Shown here one piece after another: positions 1 to 8,860 of a DNA stretch of 64,000 nt. The notes below the pieces were generated by a model. It was not told where the DNA came from and did no database searches. It saw only the letters and a list, made by a program, of their open reading frames with translations. The stretch is taken from positions 37,014,001 to 37,078,000 of the forward strand of contig OX597838.1 of assembly GCA_951406725.2 (NCBI GenBank). The letters are read 5' to 3'. A program made the translations under genes and the position numbers. The first letter of the stretch is position 1, and the number at the start of each line of letters is the position of its first letter. The DNA is from Octopus vulgaris (Eukaryota).

Positions 1-796
1 AGAGTTGCATTCCCTCGTGTTTGGTACAATGTATTTATTATGGTAGTTTTGACTTTAAGAGTCCCTCGTAGCATGGGCATTTATGTATAGTAATGCCCTT
101 TAATAAATATAAATATATTTAAAGGGAATAATTAATAATTTTTCCCTTATGATGTTTTTAATGCGAACTACTTGATAAATTCTTATAAAGATTTTATCCT
201 AATTTTAAATATGTATATATATAATTTATATTCAAATGAATATGCTACTTAAGTTGAGGCACCATAATTAAGTATGGTATTATCCATGTTTTGGCATAGT
301 TTTTATGGCTGGATGCCCTTCCTAACAACAACAGCTAATTTTAGATCACCTTAAAAATGTGTAATCATGTATTTTCAGAAATATTAATTTCAATAATTTT
401 TTCTACATCTAAATATGTTAACATAACGGAAACAGTTGTTGGCTTTGTAACGTGAATTCCACAATTAAAGATGTGATTTTGTTGTCTGCTACTCTGAATT
501 TCTCAAAATTCTTCTAAATGATATTTGGATCGAATTGCCATACATGAGGGATTACCTTGGATGTGTTTTCTGCTTGCATCTATTGGTGTCTGATCATTGG
601 ATATTGTGAACCAAATTCATTTAGAAATGAGTGCTTTATTGATATCTCCCTGGATATTTTAATCCATTTTTTCTCTTCCTATATTTATATATATATGTAT
701 ATATACCTACTACCAACAAAACACTACCACGTGGATTCTATTGAGACCAGTAAGAAACAATTATGAACTTTTCTATTACACTTAACTTTTTAAAAT

Positions 797-841
797 ATTT
801 TTGATAAGGTTCGTTTTTTCAAGAACCGAAACACGTAAAAT
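797..841 (+). ncRNA. Degenerate type I hammerhead ribozyme motif (probable PLE terminal-repeat remnant)
   Basis: attt-TTGATAA-ggttc(loop)gaacc-GAAAC-ac-GTA-aaat; stems I-III can form but the core has two substitutions vs CUGAUGA. Confidence 0.45.
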
Positions 842-911
842 TCCTAAGAAATTTATCTAATATAGTGGCATTTTCAAACTTCTTTTTTACATATATATAT
901 ATATATACATA

Positions 912-1760
912 CAGGATGCAGTGGATATATTGTCATCTAAATTATGCAGAAATGAAAATAACACTGACGTCTCATTTTACCAAAATTACATAAAAATATC
1001 TTGAAATACTAAAGAGTAAATTTATTCAATGAAATTGCCATTGGCTTCAACCACAGCCTCCAGACGACTTTGGAATCTCCTGCAACCCTTCTAGAGGGTC
1101 TCCTTGCTTAAGTTGGTGAATGTTGCCATAATCCTTGCCTTCAGTTTATCTTTGTTGTTACAAGGAGTTTTGTTGGACTCTCACTCAACTGCACCCCACA
1201 CATCATAATGAAGGGGGTTGCAGTCTGGGGAGTTAGGTGACCAGATGTTAGGGGTGATGTAGTCAGAAATTGCCTGACAGCTGTGACTGGATTCTCCTGC
1301 TTGTGTGGCATGATGCAGAGTCCTGTTGCCCAACATTAGGGTCTTCCAGCAGTCACCTTCTTGACCCAGAGCAGCACTACCTCCTTCAGGCATTTGATGT
1401 AGGCCTCCATGTTGAGTCTGAGGCCATGTGGGAAGATGAATGGAAGCATAATGTCACCATCACTAGTGATCACTCCAAACACCATGATGTTTAATGGATG
1501 TTTGAGTTTTATCCCTCCCAGTAAATGTCCTCAGATTGCACTGTCCTCAGATTGACACCCAAACACTCCAGTATGAATGCTAAGTGGTACAGCATATCGT
1601 TTCCAAATTTCTGGCTAAATGAATTGTCATGGTGTTGTTTTTCTCACTGACAGTGCCCTACTGACCCTACTATACTGTGTAGTTGATAAAATCAAAAACA
1701 AACAATGTACATGAGCAAAATAAAAAATTAAAATGGTGACAACTTACTCATTGCATGCTG
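912..1760 (-). mobile_element. Internally deleted Tc1/mariner-superfamily transposon, maT/DD37D-like
   Basis: TA-flanked imperfect TIRs (caggatgcagtggatatattgtcat / gtgacaacttactcattgcatgctg); minus-strand fragments WQQDSASCH, WSPNSPDCNPLHYDVWGAVE, RLEAVVEANGNFIE with stops and frameshifts. Confidence 0.85.
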
Positions 1761-1794
<34 letters not shown>

Positions 1795-1925
1795 TACATA
1801 TATATACATACACACATATATATATACACACACATATATACACACACACACACATATATATGTATTATATATATTATTTAATGTTATAAATGTATATTAA
1901 ATATTTAAAATTAACACTTTATATA

Positions 1926-1964
<39 letters not shown>

Positions 1965-1980
1965 TACATACTGATGTGCA

Positions 1981-2018
<38 letters not shown>

Positions 2019-2022
2019 CTTG

Positions 2023-2383
2023 TTCTTTTACTTGTTTCAGTCATTTGACTGCGGCCATGCTGGAGCACAGCCTTTAGTCGAGCAAATCGACCCCAGAAAT
2101 TATTCTTTCTAAGCCTTTCTATCGGTCACTTTTGCTGAACTGGGACATAAACACACCAGCATCGGTTGTCAAGCAATGTTGCAGGAACAAACATATACAC
2201 ACATATATGTACATATATACGACGGGCTTCTTTCAGTGTCCGTCTACCAAATCCACTCACAAGGCTTTGGTTGGCCCGAGGCTACAGTAGAAGACACTTG
2301 CCCAAGGTGCCGTGCAGTGGGACTGAACCTGGAACCATGTGGCTGGTAAGCAAGCTACTTACCACACAGCCACTCCTACGCCT
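2023..2383 (-). mobile_element. tRNA-derived SINE family A
   Basis: Head ggagtggctgtgtggtaag...ggttcagtcccac (A/B boxes), internal TA/TG microsatellite, 3' end ccagcatggccgcagtcaaatgactgaaacaagtaaaaga; more than 15 copies in the window. Confidence 0.85.
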
Positions 2384-2668
2384 ATAAATATATATATACA
2401 TATATATATTGGTAAAAATGGTAAGATAACAAAAGAAAGAAAGAGACCTCAATATTATTTAAGTAGAGGAATTTATCTGTATGCGTATGCACGTGGGTGT
2501 GTGGGTGCACATGTGTACGTATGAACAGGCGCGCTTACTCGTATACTATGAACTTTTTACCCCCTTAATTAGCGGTCATTCGAATAGCGCTTTTGTCTAC
2601 ATAGCATCAATAACACAGTAATTTCCCTTTGTATAACGGTTTTTTTGCATAGCGTTTTTCCGATGGCC

Positions 2669-2731
2669 AGATAACTGAAGAGATGATGGTGTGGATTTCC
2701 ACCTTGGCATCCGAAACTCAGAGTTTTATCT
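2669..2731 (+). ncRNA. Type I hammerhead ribozyme motif in a PLE-like remnant (about 2410-2765)
   Basis: agataa-CTGAAGA-gatg...catc-c-GAAACTC-a-GAGTT-ttatct: 6-bp stem I, intact core, near-palindromic stem III, GUU cleavage triplet. Confidence 0.75.
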
Positions 2732-2765
2732 TGGATACCGAATAATTGTCACATATTGCATTTAC

Positions 2766-2803
<38 letters not shown>

Positions 2804-2851
2804 CATTATTAAATCTCAGAATGAGATGTAAACAGTAATCGCTCGACAATG

Positions 2852-3060
2852 TAAAGTATAATAGCCATCTCAATATGGCTAACCACAAAGGGGGGTGATA
2901 CTGTAGCTTTTTAGCCCCAGGAGATCATCGTCTCCAGCTGGCTTTAGATGGCCTCCTTTGCAAATACCTTAAGGGCACAGAAATTGTGTCTAAAGCCAGC
3001 TGGAGATGATGATCTCCTGGGGCTAAAAGCTACAGCCAGCCATATTGAGATGGCTATTAT

Positions 3061-3066
<6 letters not shown>
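2852..3066. repeat. Inverted repeat (probable PLE-type inverted fragment)
   Basis: Arm 2852-2948 mirrors 2989-3066 (taaagtataatagccatctcaatatggct...ccagctggctttaga); about 20 nt are missing from the right arm. Confidence 0.8.
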
Positions 3067-3096
<30 letters not shown>

Positions 3097-3099
<3 letters not shown>

Positions 3100-3441
3100 A
3101 AGAAAAAGGTAGCCAGAATTTGAATAAAGCTTATTCATTAGGTGTTTTAATTCCTTTCAGAGATTCATCATGAATGGTTCCTCATAGAAAATTCATACTT
3201 TTTATATATATTTATTATATGTGACTTAGTTGGATAAAAACACATCTTGAATAACCTCTCCCAAAGCATCCTCTTTCTGAACCCAATAAAACAAATTCAA
3301 CTCCTGTTTTTTTTTTCCCTCTCACCTCGTATATAAAAGGCGTGAGTTTCCTATAAGAAATCATTTGTGATGAATCCCTGAATAGGATGAATGTGCTAAA
3401 TAAATAGTTTTATCCAATTCTTAGCAACTTTCTTTTTCTTT
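3097..3441. repeat. Diverged inverted repeat with decayed HHR-like cores
   Basis: About 3097-3210 mirrors about 3330-3441; right arm reads gTGATGA-atcc-ctgaata-ggat-GAAt. Confidence 0.55.
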
Positions 3442-3529
3442 ATATACAAAATCTGTACACCACTTCAAGCATTCTATCTATCTGTCTGTCTGTCTATCTA
3501 TCTGTGTGTGTATATGTGTGTATGACGTG

Positions 3530-3965
3530 TTGAGGCAAGTGAAATCCGAATCGAAATCAAATTCAATGACTGGCATCCGTTGAGCGCCATACGAGCATGA
3601 TCGTTGCCAGAGTGGCTAACTGGTGTTTGTGTCGGTGGCATGTAAAAAGCCCCATTCGAGCATGACCATTACCAGTGTCGCCTTACTGGCACTTGTGCCA
3701 GTGTGCAGGTGACATATAAAAATAAAACATGATTTTTCTGTGACTGTTGCCAGTACCGCCTGACTGGCCTTCGTGCTGGTGGCCCGTAAGAGCACCCACT
3801 ACACTCTTGGAGTGGTTGGTGTTAGGAAGGGCATCCAGCTGTAGAAACTCTGCCAAATCAAGATTGGAGCCTGGTGCAGCCATCTGGTTCGCCAGTCTTC
3901 GGTCAAATCGACCAACCCATGCTAGCATGAAAAGCAGACGTTAAACGATGATAATGATGATGATG
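3530..3965 (+). mobile_element. Non-autonomous retroposon family C, (GAT)n-tailed
   Basis: gttaggaagggcatccagctgtagaaac...aacccatgctagcatgaaaagcagacgttaaacgatgat; internal subrepeats; more than 10 copies in the window. Confidence 0.8.
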
Positions 3966-3968
3966 CTG

Positions 3969-4028
<60 letters not shown>

Positions 4029-4677
4029 GCATAGAAATAAGTATATGAGTCCTTTTTATATGCATATTCTTTCATATACATAAAGTGACATTTGTGTTTG
4101 TTGATGCATGTAGCATGGCCATTCTTGTTTTTGTTAGCAAAGCATTATCTAACCAAATATACTTTTCATATTGTTTTGTTTTAAATGAAACAATATACAA
4201 ACCAGCTATTGTTGTTTGAAAGATATTGCCTTACATTTCACACAACCCAAATGAACACACACAGTCAACCGTTCTTTAGCCTTTCAGGCCCCATCTCAAC
4301 AATCAAGGGCTATTTGTAGAACTCCTCATGTCTTCCTTTTAAATGGATTATACTCTCTGAAACCAGTTTTATACAGACCCCACCATACCATCCCATCAAA
4401 CTGCAATATTATTTAGAAGTCTGTAAAGCCTCACAGGCAACACTTTTAAGAGTAAATTCAACCAGCATAGGAAGTCTTTCAGGTGATTAAGTGTTAGGAT
4501 CCACACTAACTCTCTATCATCATATTTCTTGAAACTGAAAAATTGAAGTGTTGTAGATATTCCCATCACCTGCATCCTACAAGATATGGCACACTCATTC
4601 ACACAAGGGGAGCAAGAAGATACATTATTTACATTATTTACATTTGACAGATATTTGTCCTTGTCTTGCTTGTTGTT

Positions 4678-4723
4678 AATACAACATTTCAGCTGATATA
4701 CCCTCCAGCCTTCATCAGGTGTC
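4678..4723 (-). ncRNA. Minimal type I hammerhead motif (left arm)
   Basis: Reverse complement: gacac-CTGATGA-a-ggctgg-agggtata-tcagct-GAAAT-GTT-gtatt. Confidence 0.7.
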
Positions 4724-4808
4724 TTGGAGAAATTTTGAACCTGGGTTCTCATTCCTAAGATATTTTTTGATATTATTATTATCATTATTATTATTATTAT
4801 TATCATCA

Positions 4809-4857
<49 letters not shown>

Positions 4858-4877
4858 CATTATTATTATTATTATTA

Positions 4878-4953
<76 letters not shown>

Positions 4954-5091
4954 CATTATTATTATTATTATTATCATTATTATTATTATTATTATTATTA
5001 TTGTTACTATTATTCTGGTCACTGCCTGGAATCAAACTCGGAATCTTGGGGTTTGTAGCCTGTGCTCTTAACCACTATGCCATATGCCCAC

Positions 5092-5184
5092 GGGCATATG
5101 GCATAGTGGTTAAGAGCATATGGCATAGTGATTAAGAGCGCGGGCTACTAACCCCAAGATTCCGAGTTCGATTCCAAGCAGTGA

Positions 5185-5187
<3 letters not shown>
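5092..5187 (+). promoter_or_regulatory. tRNA-like internal Pol III promoter (A and B boxes) of the composite element
   Basis: A box tggcatagtgg (locally duplicated 22-mer), anticodon-like hairpin gcggg-ctactaa-cccc, B box gagttcgattcc; no proper acceptor stem. Confidence 0.7.
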
Positions 5188-5222
<35 letters not shown>

Positions 5223-5271
5223 TCATTGAAATATACCTTAGGAATGAGAACCCAGGTTCGTAATCTCCCAA

Positions 5272-5317
5272 AAACACTGAAGAAGGCTGGAGGGTATATC
5301 AGCTGAAACGTTGTCTT
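5272..5317 (+). ncRNA. Minimal type I hammerhead motif (right arm)
   Basis: aaaca-CTGAAGA-a-ggctgg-agggtata-tcagct-GAAAC-GTT-gtctt; palindromic AACGTT stem III; stem I partly decayed. Confidence 0.65.
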
Positions 5318-5506
5318 AACAACAAACGAGATGAGGACAGATATCCATCAAATGTAAATAATGTAAATGATGTACATAATTCCTCATCCCTTAAATATAG
5401 AACTGTATGAGCAAGAAGATATTTTTAATTTTTAATGGTAAATCTTTCAGCATCACTTTTGCAATCAAGTCAAAGAAAAGAAAGGATGAAATATTCTGTT
5501 GAAAAA

Positions 5507-5776
5507 TTGTGGCCATCTAAGTAAATGCACAATTACTATGGAGAGGTATTACCCCTCGGCTTATCACCATTGTTTTAACATCTTATTTTTCCATGATTGC
5601 ATGGGTCAGAGGGCATTTGTTGTGGAGGGGGGTGTTTTTCTGTGGCTGAATGCCCTTCCTGTCAGCAACCCTCAACTGTTTCTGTGTAAGCTGATCTTTC
5701 CCCACGACCGGACATGTTTTCATGGAAGATTGGAAACAAAGGGCACTGGTCCCCTTGATATGACTGGTACCCTTTA
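5507..5776 (-). repeat. Family C-related SINE 3' fragment plus unique flank, duplicated at 11555-11826
   Basis: Near-identical block of about 270 bp that includes the non-SINE flank ttgtggc.atctaagtaaatgcacaattac. Confidence 0.85.
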
Positions 5777-6166
5777 CGTTTCAAAAATTCCATATGATTA
5801 GTATCCTTTGTTCTTCTTGATTTCCATCAGCAGGGGTCTGGGAGTTTACTCCCTGATTTCTGCAAATTATTGAGGTCAAAGAGCCAGTGACATTTCTATT
5901 CATCGTGTTGTCATTTAGCGTTCAGGGGTTTTGATATGCTGAAAGAATCACCTTAATGCGACTTACGAGGAGAATGGAAGTGCGCCATTGACTTTGTACA
6001 ATTTTACTCTACTGTATGTGTTGAGTACTCTCCTTATCTGCACTTCTAAGCATGTGAATGCATATGTATGCATTCATGACCTGACTGCAGGCGCACTCAA
6101 AACCATACATATATGCATGCAAACAAACATATGCAATCATAGTCACATACATACATACATACATAG

Positions 6167-6207
<41 letters not shown>

Positions 6208-6312
6208 GATGTATTGTACGGAGAGTTATCTCCACTTGCAACTTTTTACACATACTCAGACACATATTTAAGAATCACACACATACAGATTATCTATCTA
6301 TCTATCTATATA

Positions 6313-6558
6313 CTTTATTTAGAGCAGCAGAAAATTCAACAAAACCTGTTACTCTGAGTTTCACGTTGCCGTTCATCGGACAGTTTTTGCTAGAATCGGA
6401 CAGTTTTTTCTAGCAAAAACTGTCCAATGAACGGCGTGAAACTCAGAGTAACAGGTTTTGTTGAATTTTCTCCTGCTTTAAATAAAGCATATTACTCTAC
6501 CCCTGGTATTTGAGTACTCTTTTTTCCACCTTGTTTCACATTTACGTGTTTACTCTGG

Positions 6559-6560
<2 letters not shown>
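6313..6560. mobile_element. PLE-like inverted terminal fragment with two HHR-like motifs
   Basis: 6313-6395 mirrors 6408-6487; reverse complement of left arm: ctgt-CCGATGA-acg-gcaa-cgt-GAAACTC-a-GAGTA-acag; related copy at about 32830-32911. Confidence 0.75.
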
Positions 6561-6593
<33 letters not shown>

Positions 6594-6656
6594 ATATATA
6601 TATATACACATACAAGAACTTAAATATATACCAACATTTACATCATTATCATCAAC

Positions 6657-6657
<1 letters not shown>

Positions 6658-6687
<30 letters not shown>

Positions 6688-7311
6688 CTTCTTCTTCTTC
6701 TTCTTCTTCTTTTCTTCTCTTTTTCTTCTTCTTCTTCTTTCTCTTCTTCTTCTTCTTTTCTTTTTCTTCTTTCTCTTCTTCTTCTTCTTTCTTCTTCTTC
6801 TTTCTTCTTCTTCATCTTCTTCATCTTCTTCTTCTTCTTCTTCTTCTTCTTCTTCTTCTTCTTCTTTCTTCTTCTTCTTCTTCTCTTTCTTCTTCTTCTT
6901 CTTCTTCTTCTTTTCTTATCTTCTTCTTCTTCTTCTTCTTCTTCTTCTTCTTCTTCTTCTTCTTCTTCTTCTTCTTCTTCTTCTTCTTCTTCTTCTTCTT
7001 CTTCTTTCTTCTTCTTCTTCTTCTTCTTCTTCTTCTCTTTCTTCTTCTTCTTCTTCTTCTTTCTTCTTCTTCTTCTTCTTTTCTTTTCTTCTTCTTCTTC
7101 TTCTTCTTCTTCTTCTTCTTCTTCTTCTTCTTCTTCTTTTCTTCTTCTTCTTCTTCTTCTTCTTCTTCTTCTTCTTCTTCTTCTTCTTCTCTTTCTTCTT
7201 CTTCTTCTTCTTCTTCTTCTTCTTCTTCTTCTTCTTCTTCTTCTTCTTCTTCTTCTTCTTCTTCTTCTTCTTCTTCTTCTTCTTCTTCTTCTTCTTCTTC
7301 TTCTTCTTCTT

Positions 7312-7342
<31 letters not shown>

Positions 7343-7389
7343 TTCTTCTTCCGCGTCTCCTTCTTCTTCTTCTTCTCCTTCTTCTTCTG
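6658..7389. repeat. (CTT)n / (GAA)n microsatellite, about 730 bp
   Basis: Direct reading; explains the poly-R/E/K ORF 6582-7406. Confidence 0.98.
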
Positions 7390-7614
7390 CTATCGCTACA
7401 AATCAAATTACACGGAGCCTTTATAATTAATTCATGCCAATATTGCTTTCGTACATACTGCAGGGGAAACCTATAACGATATTACAGCAGCGCAGCGATG
7501 CAGTGTAGATGCATTTGTAGATGGAGAGCAGGATGATGAAGAGGAGGTGGAGGAGGAAGAAGAAGGGTATTATGATGCTGGCGTAAAAAGTTTATGAATT
7601 GAATTTTCCCAGCA

Positions 7615-7788
7615 TATACACACACACACACACATATATGTACATATGTATACATATATATATATATATACATATGTATACATACATAAATATATATATG
7701 TGTGTATGTGTGTATATATATATATTTATATATATACGCACATATGTATACATACTTATATATATATGTATATATATGTATATATATA

Positions 7789-7833
<45 letters not shown>

Positions 7834-8045
7834 GTATACATACAAATACATAAATATATACATATATATATACATATATATATATATATGCAGCACGGGT
7901 TTTTGTCAGTGAACAGGTCGCGAATATATATATATACATATACGTATATATATACTTATATATATGTGCATATATATATATATATACATATGTATACATA
8001 CACATACATAAATATATACATATATATACATATATATATGTATAT

Positions 8046-8078
<33 letters not shown>

Positions 8079-8092
8079 CATACTTATATATA

Positions 8093-8133
<41 letters not shown>

Positions 8134-8206
8134 GTACATACGTATACATACATATACATATATACATACTTATATATATATGTATATATACATGAATGTG
8201 TGAGTG

Positions 8207-8250
<44 letters not shown>
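7615..8250. repeat. Compound (TA)n/(CA)n/(TG)n microsatellite
   Basis: Direct reading. Confidence 0.95.
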
Positions 8251-8252
<2 letters not shown>

Positions 8253-8636
8253 GCACTGGAAAAATTTTTCTGTGAGCTGTAATCTCAGTGTTTCAATTTC
8301 CCTCTCCTTGCAATGGCTTCCTGATCGATAGCAAATCGTAGATGGCAGAGAAGATTTGCGGAAAATAGTGTCAAAAAAGAATATTCTCGATTCAAATCGA
8401 TTGAAACTTATCAATTGGAGATTAGTACATATTTCTTCTTTTTTTTTTTGCATTTTGCTTGATTGGCAATTTTTTTGTTCCTTATTTATATTTATGTATG
8501 CGTGTATGTGGATCAGTATTGCTTTTCTTTTATATCTCATATATTATTTTGTATTGCTTTTGCATACTTTTCAAGCATGTTGTGGTGTTGTTCTTGTTAT
8601 CATTGTTGTTGTTGTTTAGCCATTAACTCTGCTCTA

Positions 8637-8860
8637 GTGAAGGCACATGGCTCAGTGGTTAGGGTGCGTGTTTGGGTTACAACCATAAGGTCATGAGTAC
8701 ATTACCTGACAACACATTGAGTCCTTAAGCAAGACACTTCATTTCACATTACCCAGCTGGCAAAAATTAGTCGTACCTGTATTTCAAAGGTCCAGCTTTG
8801 TCTTGTACTGTGTCACTCTCAATCTTCTTGTGAAATATGCTAAGGGTGTGTCCATGTCCG
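8637..8860 (+). mobile_element. Diverged tRNA-derived SINE, family D-related
   Basis: gtgaaggcacatggctcagtggttaggg...caagacacttcatttcacatt...gtacctgtatttcaaagg. Confidence 0.65.

Larger units (their letters stand above)
4623..5408. mobile_element. Palindromic composite retroelement: tRNA-like head + (AAT)n + hammerhead tail, head-to-head, with 13-bp TSD
   Basis: Arms 4623-5089 (-) and 5092-5408 (+) mirror around 5090/5091; gagcaagaagata is duplicated at 4610-4622 and 5409-5421. Confidence 0.85.

Noticed and set aside
5092-5187. Functional tRNA gene (also considered for SINE A, B and D heads)
   Set aside because: Acceptor and T stems do not pair properly and the sequence runs on into repeat bodies
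6582-7406. 274-aa poly-R/E/K ORF, and similar poly-I/N/L, YI, V/T, SL and HT ORFs across the window
   Set aside because: These are translations of simple microsatellites, with no domain, splice or codon evidence
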